From: Escherichia coli
Lineage (GTDB): Bacteria > Pseudomonadota > Gammaproteobacteria > Enterobacterales > Enterobacteriaceae
DNA: 64,000 nt
Strand: one strand, 5' to 3'
Assembly (NCBI RefSeq): GCF_030384885.1
Contig: NZ_CP128615.1
Below are positions 1-8,001 of this stretch, piece by piece. The notes under the pieces are model-generated. The model made no database searches. It saw nothing but the letters and a program-made list of their open reading frames with translations, and was not told where the DNA came from. Each line of letters begins with the position of its first letter. Position 1 is the stretch's first letter. Both the position numbers and the translations under genes were made by a program.

Positions 1-1149
1 TTTCCCTATGAATACTATTCCGTGCGGTTCAGCACCTTCTCCGGGGGGCATTTTGCCGGCTTCAGACGCTATCTGCGCCATCTGCTGTTAGACAGTGCAC
101 GCATCGATAACGAGCACGCCGCACAGGAATATACGCGCACAGTTTACAGCGTCAATGTGCCGGTAGCCGATCGGTACCGGCTTGAAAACAGTTACCGGCA
201 ACAGAAAATGCACTTCTGCACCCGGCATCTGTCAGCCATAAACGACACGCTGGATACGTATCAGTTTGGCGTGCGTTCCGGTGCTAAATCAGGTCTTGAG
301 GCGAATCTGGACATTACCGAGGACGGTATTTCCATTCGTCACCGTGGAAAAGGAAGGCAGTGCTTCATCAAAACAGAGTTTGCACTGCAGCGGCATCAGC
401 AGCAGGGAGAGCTCCACGCACTGTTGCTTGAGGAGCCGGAGAATCATCTCAGCCATGTCAGTATGAAGAGGCTGGTTAATCAGCTTGCAACTGAACGGCA
501 GACGCAGGTGTTTATTGCCACACACAGCAGCCATATCTCATCCCGCCTCGATCTGCGTAAGGCAATCCTCCTCGGGTCTGCCCGACCGGTACTGATGAAT
601 GAACTTTCCGCTGAGACTGCCGCCTTCTTCATGAAAGCACCGGACAATAATGTGCTGGAATTTGCGCTGGCCAGACGTGTGCTGCTCGTGGAGGGGGATG
701 CTGAGTTTATTCTGATCGAGGCCTTTTATCGCCGCCTGTATGGCAGGTCGCCGGAGGATGACGGGGTTCACATCATCGCTATCGGCGGAACGAGTTTCCG
801 TCGTTATCTTGAACTGGCCCGTCTTCTGGAAAATCGCGTCGCGGCCCTTCGTGATAATGACGGCAACTATCAGCAAAACTGCGATGAACGCTATGCTGAC
901 GTGCTTTGTTCCCGCTCCCGGGTATTTGCTGATCGCGATAACACCCGATCCACATTTGAAATCTGCCTGTATCAGGATAACGCTGGTCTGTGTGATGCGC
1001 TTTTCCGCGGAACACGCCGGACACTCACGGTGCAGGAATACATGCTGGCCAATAAGGCAGAAGCAGCATTCCGGCTGTTACAGCTGCACGCCGAAGAGCT
1101 GACAGTACCTGATTATATTCAGGAGGCACTGGCATGGATAAGAGAGTGA
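1..1149 (+). CDS. OLD-family ATP-dependent nuclease (C-terminal part of ATPase + TOPRIM domain); 5' end outside window
   Basis: Frame is open from nt 1 (listed ORF 22..1149 is just the first in-frame start). Walker-B-like LLLEEPENHLSH, ATHS, TOPRIM-like LLVEGDAEFIL / IIAIGGTSF / LRDNDGN. 16-nt overlap with next gene. Confidence 0.8.
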   Translation, partial: FPYEYYSVRFSTFSGGHFAGFRRYLRHLLLDSARIDNEHAAQEYTRTVYSVNVPVADRYRLENSYRQQKMHFCTRHLSAINDTLDTYQFGVRSGAKSGLEANLDITEDGISIRHRGKGRQCFIKTEFALQRHQQQGELHALLLEEPENHLSHVSMKRLVNQLATERQTQVFIATHSSHISSRLDLRKAILLGSARPVLMNELSAETAAFFMKAPDNNVLEFALARRVLLVEGDAEFILIEAFYRRLYGRSPEDDGVHIIAIGGTSFRRYLELARLLENRVAALRDNDGNYQQNCDERYADVLCSRSRVFADRDNTRSTFEICLYQDNAGLCDALFRGTRRTLTVQEYMLANKAEAAFRLLQLHAEELTVPDYIQEALAWIRE

Positions 1150-2156
1150 TATTTGCGGTTGCCGGCTCGGGCAAGACCACGCTGCTGATACAGCGGTTGA
1201 GTGAGGACCGGCGGACGCTGATCCTGACCTTCACCGTGAATAATGAAGCGCATCTCCGGGCGCAGATTATCAGACGTTTTGGCTTTATCCCGGACGGGAT
1301 CAGGGTGATGACCTGGTTTGAGTTTCTGCACGGTTTTTGCTTCAGGCCTTTCCTGCAGGAGCAGCTGGCATCGCGTGGGCTGAGCTTCGACCAGCCCCCA
1401 CCCAGAATACCGCGCACGAATGCCCGGCATTATCAGGATCCCGCCGGACGGCTGTATCACCGGAGGCTCGCACACTTACTCACAGCCCGGGGGCTGCTGC
1501 CAGATATCCGTACCCGGCTTGCCCGTTACTACGATGAACTGCTTGTCGATGAAGTCCAGGACTTTGCCGGACATGACTTTAATTTTCTGCTGGAGCTCTG
1601 CCGCGCGGAAATCACTGTGCTCTGTTGCGGCGATTTTTATCAACATACCTTTGATACAAGCCATGACGGCAACGTTAATTCAACGCTGCACGATGACATT
1701 ACGCGATATGAGGCCCGCTTCGACGCAGCAGGTTTCACGGTTGACCGGGACACGCTCAACCGGACATGGCGTTGCTCAGCTTCAGTGTGCGAGTTTATCA
1801 CCGGACAACTGAACATCCGTATCGCTGCCCATGGGATACATGCCACCCTGATTGAAACGATCACAGATGCAGAGCGCACAGCCACCCTGCACGCCGATAA
1901 TACGGTGATTAAGCTCTTCTATCGTGAACATCACCGTTACGGCTGCTATTCCATGAACTGGGGCGTCAGTAAAGGGCTCGACCACTTTCAGGATGTCTGC
2001 ATTGTGATGGGATCTTCCCACTGGAAGCTTCTGACCCGTCAGGAACTGGCAGCCCTTCCACCGTCGTCCCGTAACAGGCTGTACGTGGCATGCTCACGGG
2101 CGCGCGGCAACATTTATTTTGTTCCCGAAATTCATCTGCGCCGATTCCGGAACTGA
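1134..2156 (+). CDS. short UvrD/PcrA/Rep-like SF1 helicase (GajB-like partner of the OLD nuclease)
   Basis: Walker A AVAGSGKTTLL, Walker B LLVDEVQDF, GDFYQ, VSKGLDHFQDV, YVACSRARGNIYF (motif VI-like). Overlaps the OLD gene stop. Confidence 0.75.
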   Translation: MDKRVIFAVAGSGKTTLLIQRLSEDRRTLILTFTVNNEAHLRAQIIRRFGFIPDGIRVMTWFEFLHGFCFRPFLQEQLASRGLSFDQPPPRIPRTNARHYQDPAGRLYHRRLAHLLTARGLLPDIRTRLARYYDELLVDEVQDFAGHDFNFLLELCRAEITVLCCGDFYQHTFDTSHDGNVNSTLHDDITRYEARFDAAGFTVDRDTLNRTWRCSASVCEFITGQLNIRIAAHGIHATLIETITDAERTATLHADNTVIKLFYREHHRYGCYSMNWGVSKGLDHFQDVCIVMGSSHWKLLTRQELAALPPSSRNRLYVACSRARGNIYFVPEIHLRRFRN

Positions 2157-2445
2157 GTCAGCTGCTTCTCAGTCGGGCACAATTCAGAAATAAAGCTGTA
2201 TGGCCAACGATGTCACTTCAGGCTGGAAAAGTGCGGATCCGGTTTTGCCTTTTTTCGGATCTGAGCGGGAAAAGTGAGAAACCAACATAGGTGTAACATA
2301 TCCATATGCCGGGCATCTGCATAGGCAAAGCATACGCATATACCTACCATCTGCATATGTAACACCTATACAAGCCGGGCTTGCAGGCATATACTTCACC
2401 TATGCGGGAATACTCCCTGGCACACTCAGCATATGAGGAAAAACC

Positions 2446-2676
2446 ATGCGCACAGTTTCGATATTTAAAAACGGCAATAACCGCGCCATCCGTCTGCCCC
2501 GGGACCTGGATTTTGATGGCGTCAGCGAGCTGGAGATCGTCCGGGAAGGGGACAGCATCATTCTGCGTCCCGTCCGGCCGACCTGGGGCTCGTTCGCGCA
2601 GCTGGACAGGGCCGATCCGGACTTTATGGCGGAGCGTGAGGATGTGGTCAGCGATGAAGGACGCTTTGAGCCATGA
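2446..2676 (+). CDS. vagC: VapB/VagC antitoxin (AbrB/SpoVT-type)
   Basis: 76 aa MRTVSIFKNGNNRAIRLPRDL...; ATGA overlap with downstream PIN gene. Confidence 0.9.
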   Translation: MRTVSIFKNGNNRAIRLPRDLDFDGVSELEIVREGDSIILRPVRPTWGSFAQLDRADPDFMAEREDVVSDEGRFEP

Positions 2677-3089
2677 AGAAAACCTGGATGCTCGACACCA
2701 ACATCTGCTCGTTCATCATGCGCGAGCAGCCGGCAGCGGTGCTGAAGCGCCTGGAGCAGGCGGTGCTGCGCGGTGATCGCATTGTGGTCTCGGCCGTGAC
2801 GTATGCCGAGATGCGCTTCGGCGCCACCGGCCCGAAGGCCTCGCCGCGCCATATTCAGCTGGTCGACGCGTTCTGCGCGCGCCTCGATGCCGTCCTGCCC
2901 TGGGACCGCGCCGCGGTGGACGCCACGACGGACATCCGGGTGGCGCTGCGCCTAGCCGGGACGCCGATCGGCCCGAATGACACGGCCATTGCCGGGCACG
3001 CCATCGCGGCGGGCGCCATCCTGGTGACGAACAATGTGAGAGAGTTTGCGCGGGTCCCGGGCCTGGTGCTGGAAGACTGGGTGAAATAA
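2673..3089 (+). CDS. vagD: VapC/VagD PIN-domain toxin
   Basis: 138 aa, MLDTNICSF... N-terminal PIN acidic motif, ...VTNNVREF; coupled to vagC. Confidence 0.9.
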   Translation: MKKTWMLDTNICSFIMREQPAAVLKRLEQAVLRGDRIVVSAVTYAEMRFGATGPKASPRHIQLVDAFCARLDAVLPWDRAAVDATTDIRVALRLAGTPIGPNDTAIAGHAIAAGAILVTNNVREFARVPGLVLEDWVK

Positions 3090-3130
3090 TCCCGTAATAA
3101 TTTCCGTGACGGAGACGACAGACATGAATG

Positions 3131-3192
3131 GGCTTTGTTGAATAAATCGAACTTTTGCTGAGTTGAAGGATCAGATCACGCATCCTCCCGAC
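3131..3192 (+). mobile_element. IS903-like left-end fragment (62 bp)
   Basis: GGCTTTGTTGAATAAATCGAACTTTTGCTGAGTTGAAGGATCAGATCACGCATCCTCCCGAC is identical to the start of the full copy at 23487; cut at 3192. Confidence 0.85.
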
Positions 3193-3233
3193 TGGATTTG
3201 CCCCTATATTTCCAGACACCTGTTATCACTTAA
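3193..3233. mobile_element. solo IS2-type terminal inverted repeat (41 bp)
   Basis: TGGATTTGCCCCTATATTTCCAGACACCTGTTATCACTTAA closely matches the IS2 right inverted repeat as I recall it; no IS2 body follows. Confidence 0.55.
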
Positions 3234-3292
3234 TGGAGTGACCCCGAGCCCGTAGACAAATCTGCCCTATAGTTTGAGCATAGGAGGAGTCT

Positions 3293-3577
3293 ATGGGCAC
3301 ATCACGTTTTACCCCTGAATTTAAGGAAGAGGCCGTCCGCCAGATCACCGAGCGGGGCTATTCTATTGCTGAAGTATCTGAACGGCTCGGCGTGTCGGCG
3401 CACAGCCTATATAAATGGCTCCGGGCTGTTAAGCCTGACAACAGTGGACAGCAGGCACAGGATTTACTGGATGCCAGAACAGAAATTCTCAGGCTGAAAG
3501 CACAGCTTAAACGCACTGAGGAAGAGCGGGATATTCTGAAAAAGGCAGCGCGGTACTTTGCAAGGGAGCCCGACTGA
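3293..3577 (+). CDS. IS3-family transposase OrfA (HTH)
   Basis: 94 aa MGTSRFTPEFKEEAVRQ...; leucine-zipper-like C-terminus; GAAAAAG run at 3538-3544 as candidate -1 frameshift site. Confidence 0.85.
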   Translation: MGTSRFTPEFKEEAVRQITERGYSIAEVSERLGVSAHSLYKWLRAVKPDNSGQQAQDLLDARTEILRLKAQLKRTEEERDILKKAARYFAREPD

Positions 3578-4149
3578 AGTATCGCTTTATCAACGATCAC
3601 CGTGAAATCTGGTCGATCGTTACAATGTGTCGGGTCCTTAAGGTTGCCCGTGCCGGATTTTATGTCTGGCTCCATAACCCTGTATCTGCCGGAGAAAAGG
3701 ATAACCAGCGACTGCTGGAACTCATCCGCGACTCCTATACGCTGAGTGGTGGAGTTTACGGTTATCGCAGGGTTCATGGCGATCTTCGCGAAATTGGCGA
3801 AGTGTGCAGCAGAAACCGGGTTGCCAAAATCATGAGGAAAAACAGGATTCAGGCTATACATGGTTATAAAGTGCCACGCGGGAGCCGGGGACGACCGTCA
3901 CTGATAGCGCCTAATCACGTGCGGCGTGAATTTACTGTAGTGAAGCCCAATCAGGTGTGGGTCACCGACATCACCTACATCCGCACCTGGCAGGGCTGGC
4001 TGTACCTGGCAGTGGTTATCGATCTTTTTGCCCGTAATGTGGTGGGCTGGTCGATGAAGCCGACACTGTCGCGCGAGCTGGCACTGGATGCGCTGCTGAT
4101 GGCGGTCTGGCGACGTAAACCTGAAGAAAACGTCATTGTGCACAGCGAT
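3540..4149 (+). pseudogene. IS3-family transposase OrfB, 5' part (interrupted after HSD of the DDE motif)
   Basis: RLKYRFINDHREIW...WVTDITYI...VIVHSD, then unrelated sequence from 4150. Confidence 0.8.
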
Positions 4150-4244
4150 AGTAATAATGCCGATGTCAGTCTTTACCACCACTTAGTTTGCCGTTTAACC
4201 AGATTGGTGTGATTACTGATGCAGTGAAGACCTTCCCGCATCCT

Positions 4245-4380
4245 GACTCACACAGCGATCGACCTTTTGTGTCCTGCCCTGGACCCGTCGGTTGCCGGAA
4301 GCGCCTTCATGCGAGGCATCTCCTCACCGATGCGCGTGACTCAAGAAGGGCCTGACGGCTTGTCTCGTTACTGTCCTGTC
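4245..4380 (+). ncRNA. candidate bridge RNA (target- and donor-binding loops) in the IS110 left end
   Basis: 4251-4260 equals the left flank. 4274-4282 is the reverse complement of the right flank. 4344-4351 equals the right end of the IS. 4368-4373 is the reverse complement of the circle junction. Boundaries approximate. Confidence 0.5.
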
Positions 4381-4430
4381 CGGGTTATCTGTCTGGAGAT
4401 TCAACTCTGTTTCCTCACAGGAGCTCTGTC

Positions 4431-5507
4431 ATGGTTGATAAAGTTACCGAAGCTGCCGTTGTGGGTGGCGTGGATACACATAAAGATTTGCACGTTGCCG
4501 CTGTCGTAGATCAGAACAATAAAGTCCTTGGGACTCAGTATTTCTCCACAACACGACAAGGTTACCGGCAGATGCTGGCATGGATGACCTCGTTTGGGAC
4601 ATTAAAGCGAATTGGTGTTGAGTGCACAGGTACCTATGGTTCCGGTTTGCTTCGTTATTTTCAGAACGCCGGGTTAGAAGTTCTTGAGGTGACTGCTCCA
4701 GACCGGATGGAGCGACGCAAACGGGGTAAAAGTGACACAATTGATGCTGAATGTGCCGCTCATGCAGCATTCTCAGGCATCAGGACAGTTACTCCCAAAA
4801 CGCGTGATGGCATGATTGAGTCCCTGCGGGTATTAAAAACTTGCCGAAAAACAGCAATATCAGCCCGCAGAGTCGCTCTCCAGATTATCCATTCAAATAT
4901 TATCTCTGCCCCGGATGAATTACGTGAACAGCTCAGAAATATGACGCGCATGCAGCTCATCAGGACCCTGGGTTCCTGGAGACCTGATGCCAGTGAATAC
5001 CGCAATGTAACCAACGTTTATCGCATTTCATTAAAGTCCCTTGCCCGACGCTATCTCGAGTTACATGACGAAATCGCTGATCTGGATGTCATGATTGCGG
5101 CAATTGTCGACGAGTTGGCACCTGAGCTGATTAAACGTAATGCTATCGGATACGAAAGCGCTTCACAGTTGCTGATCACTGCCGGAGACAATCCTCAACG
5201 GTTAAGATCAGAATCAGGATTTGCGGCACTGTGTGGTGTCAGCCCGGTCCCCGTTTCTTCTGGAAAAACGAACCGTTACCGACTTAATCGTGGTGGAGAT
5301 CGTGCTGCAAATAGTGCACTTCACATCATCGCCATCGGACGCTTACGAACTGACGCAAAAACAAAGGAATATGTCGCCAGGCGTGTAGCCGAAGGACATA
5401 CAAAAATGGAAGCGATACGCTGTCTAAAGCGATATATCTCCCGCGAAGTTTACACGTTACTGCGCAATCAAAACAGGCGGATCAACAGTATCCCGATAAC
5501 AGCTTGA
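4431..5507 (+). CDS. IS110-family DEDD transposase/recombinase
   Basis: 358 aa; N-terminal VVGGVDTHKDLHVAAVVD (RuvC-like DEDD start); C-terminal ...LCGVSPVPVSSGKTNRYRLNRGGDR... Confidence 0.9.
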   Translation: MVDKVTEAAVVGGVDTHKDLHVAAVVDQNNKVLGTQYFSTTRQGYRQMLAWMTSFGTLKRIGVECTGTYGSGLLRYFQNAGLEVLEVTAPDRMERRKRGKSDTIDAECAAHAAFSGIRTVTPKTRDGMIESLRVLKTCRKTAISARRVALQIIHSNIISAPDELREQLRNMTRMQLIRTLGSWRPDASEYRNVTNVYRISLKSLARRYLELHDEIADLDVMIAAIVDELAPELIKRNAIGYESASQLLITAGDNPQRLRSESGFAALCGVSPVPVSSGKTNRYRLNRGGDRAANSALHIIAIGRLRTDAKTKEYVARRVAEGHTKMEAIRCLKRYISREVYTLLRNQNRRINSIPITA

Positions 5508-5523
5508 CTCTTAGAAGGGCGTC

Positions 5524-5802
5524 CAGGGCAGTCAGTATGGCAGTGATGACTGGCAGCGGTTCTGCCGGGCCAATAATCTGGTACCGAGCATGAGCCGTCG
5601 CGGCAACTGCTGGGATAATGCAGTGGCAGAATCGTTCTTCAGTTCACTCAAAAAAGAGCGCATCAGGAAGCGGATATACAAAACCCGGGACATGGCCCGG
5701 GCGGATATTTTCGATTATATTGAAGTGTTCTACAACCGGGCCCGGCGCCACAGTCATCTCGGCGGCGTCAGCCCGGAGGCCTTCGAAAAGGCCTCGCAGT
5801 GA
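5524..5802 (+). pseudogene. IS3-family transposase OrfB, 3' part
   Basis: QGSQYGSDDWQRFCRANNLVPSMSRRGNCWDNAVAESFF...; same frame as 3540-4149 once the IS110 element is removed. Confidence 0.8.
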
Positions 5803-5909
5803 GGACAGAAACTGTCTACCGGAGCGTGGTCACTCCACATTTAAAGAAACGAGCTTTGGTAAACATACCTGTAATGACTCCATAAAATGGCGCGTCAAAC
5901 GACACCTAA

Positions 5910-7985
5910 TCAATTAACCCCAAGCGCCTTAAACACGGCATCGACGGGGTCTGCATAAAAGCTGATCTGGAATTTTGAGAACAACTCAGCAGGAACCGTT
6001 GGAATATCTGAGGCTGAGGCCATTGGGAGCAAAATACGCTTTGCGCCACTGTCCATAGCTAACTGAAGACTGCCTGCAAGATCTTGAACAGGATTGACGA
6101 CACCACCTAAAGTCATCTCACCCAAAACAACCATCTGCTCTTGAATCGGTCGGTTCATCAGAATTGAACAGAACGCAATTAATGCAGCGAGCGATGACTT
6201 TGTACTTGGCCCCGTATTGTGGAGCTCAACAACATGGAGGTGATACTCATGATCAGAAAACTTCGCCGACGCACTGATTCTATTCAGGTTACCTTTGAAA
6301 TAATCAAAGCCAACACGCACAGCTTCTTTCGCTGCGGTATTCGAACCAAGGCCAGACACTGAGTGTTTACCAGAACCAGCCATCATCTGGGTTTCATAGC
6401 GATATAACCCAAGCTGCCCAGTGCTTCCCTGAGTAACCAAGTGCACGACACCAGCGCGAGGTAAGCCCTCAGGAATTAGCTTGCTGCCACCTTGTTCCGG
6501 TACATTGATGAAGAATTCTTCTAATGAATCGTTATCGATGTAGCTAAAGTGCACATCAAAAAATTCCATTCCGCCAAGCTTTTTCAATTGCTCTTTGACT
6601 CTACGTCTAGTTTCCAGCGCATAGGTCAGGCAGGCTCTTACATCATCTTTTGTGTACTGTGCGTCGGGGTGTAGTAGCTTTAACAAGCCCGAAACAGTTC
6701 TGCGTACAGCAATTACATCACGCTGATTAAGGTTATTACCGAGTTTGAAGAACTTATCGATAGCATCCGCAAAACTTCTTTTGCGCATTTCACGCATGTA
6801 TTCAGCAAGATAGTCTGTGATTAATCCGTAACTATTGGTGAAAAACTCAGGACGCATCTTCGGTATTTCCCATCCAGGAATATAGGAATGGAAACGGTCA
6901 AAAAAAGCAGTGTCAATCATGGCTTCAGGAAAAGGTGCCAACAGATGACTGGTCTTCACCAGTGTCTCAACGCTTTGATTGATGTTACCGACGAATACCA
7001 TGGAAGCCTTCGCTTCGATTGAATCACGACCACGGGCAAAAGACCCTGACGCCATATAATCTTTCATTATTTGGACGCCGTCTTTGTCTTTAAAGTTAAT
7101 ACCCGCTACTTCATCAAAGGCGACAACATCCCACATTCCGACCAACCCAACTTGGCGCGAGCTCATGTTATAGAACAAGTTCGCCACAGTTGTTTGTCCG
7201 CCCGAGACAAGCAATGAGTTTGGTGAGCACTCCTTGTAGACATGGCTTTTACCTGTCCCTCTTGGTCCGAGCTCACAAACGTTGTAGTTGTTTTCAACGA
7301 ATGGGATCATACGAGTGATAAGATGCCATTTCACCCGATGCTCTAAGTTGGTTGGCTCCATACCCACGGAACGAAGCAACACATCCATCCACTGATCGGT
7401 ACTAAAATGTCTTCTGGTTGAAAACACCTCATCCATGTTCATGGACGGCATTTGTATCGGTTTTAAACTCATAATGGAGAAAGGTGATGTCTTCTGACCT
7501 TCCTCAAAGAAATACTGGACGGTAATAATGCACCAGATGCCGCCAGTTAATAATTTTTCGTTGTCTTGTACTATTTTGGTCGGTACAAGGGCATCCTTGA
7601 TACCCAGGTTCGACAACGCAGCTTCATAGACGTCTTTTTTCTGGTTGAGCTTAACGCTTACTTTGTCGATGATTTTAAACGTGCCGCGTTCACGGATCAG
7701 TGACTTCACTTTCTCCGCTTCATCTGGTCGGACATAGTTCTCAGCCAAGATTTTTTTTACATTATCAAGGCCTTGCATTACAACTTCGTCGTCATCGGAC
7801 GCACAATACATGCCTAGTAAATACTCAAGCACATAGACAGGGACGTTAGCGCCTTCTTTCAATTGCTTTGTCAGATCTTTTCGAACGACACGGCCTTTAA
7901 AATATTGGTTGAGCAATGCGTCTAAATCGGCGCTTTGCATCTGATTTTTTTCGTCTTTATGATCTTGTGAAAAATCAGTTGTCAT
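5910..7985 (-). CDS. brxL: BrxL (AAA+ / Lon-like protein of type I BREX)
   Basis: 691 aa; Walker A GPRGTGKSH; Lon-protease-like C-terminal domain; last gene of the BREX operon. Confidence 0.9.
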   Translation of the reverse strand: MTTDFSQDHKDEKNQMQSADLDALLNQYFKGRVVRKDLTKQLKEGANVPVYVLEYLLGMYCASDDDEVVMQGLDNVKKILAENYVRPDEAEKVKSLIRERGTFKIIDKVSVKLNQKKDVYEAALSNLGIKDALVPTKIVQDNEKLLTGGIWCIITVQYFFEEGQKTSPFSIMSLKPIQMPSMNMDEVFSTRRHFSTDQWMDVLLRSVGMEPTNLEHRVKWHLITRMIPFVENNYNVCELGPRGTGKSHVYKECSPNSLLVSGGQTTVANLFYNMSSRQVGLVGMWDVVAFDEVAGINFKDKDGVQIMKDYMASGSFARGRDSIEAKASMVFVGNINQSVETLVKTSHLLAPFPEAMIDTAFFDRFHSYIPGWEIPKMRPEFFTNSYGLITDYLAEYMREMRKRSFADAIDKFFKLGNNLNQRDVIAVRRTVSGLLKLLHPDAQYTKDDVRACLTYALETRRRVKEQLKKLGGMEFFDVHFSYIDNDSLEEFFINVPEQGGSKLIPEGLPRAGVVHLVTQGSTGQLGLYRYETQMMAGSGKHSVSGLGSNTAAKEAVRVGFDYFKGNLNRISASAKFSDHEYHLHVVELHNTGPSTKSSLAALIAFCSILMNRPIQEQMVVLGEMTLGGVVNPVQDLAGSLQLAMDSGAKRILLPMASASDIPTVPAELFSKFQISFYADPVDAVFKALGVN

Positions 7986-8001
7986 GTTTCACCTCAGCGC
8001 C

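Larger units (their letters stand above)
4150..5523 (+). mobile_element. IS110-family insertion sequence (1374 bp) nested in IS3 orfB
   Basis: Removing 4150-5523 restores in-frame HSD|QGSQYGSDDW. 281-bp non-coding left end and only 16 nt after the stop. No terminal inverted repeats. Confidence 0.85.
3234..5837 (+). mobile_element. IS3-family element (about 1230 bp without its nested insert) carrying an IS110-family insertion
   Basis: Imperfect inverted repeats TGGAGTGACCCCGAGCCCGTAGACAA (3234) and reverse complement TGGAGTGACCACGCTCCGGTAGACAG (ends 5837). orfA/orfB layout. No target duplication seen. Confidence 0.75.

Noticed and set aside
7751-7758. A8/T8 homopolymer inside brxL (and a T7 at 7941) as possible phase-variation switches
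   Set aside because: The tracts are short, lie in frame within conserved coding sequence, and I have no population or comparative evidence of length variation.
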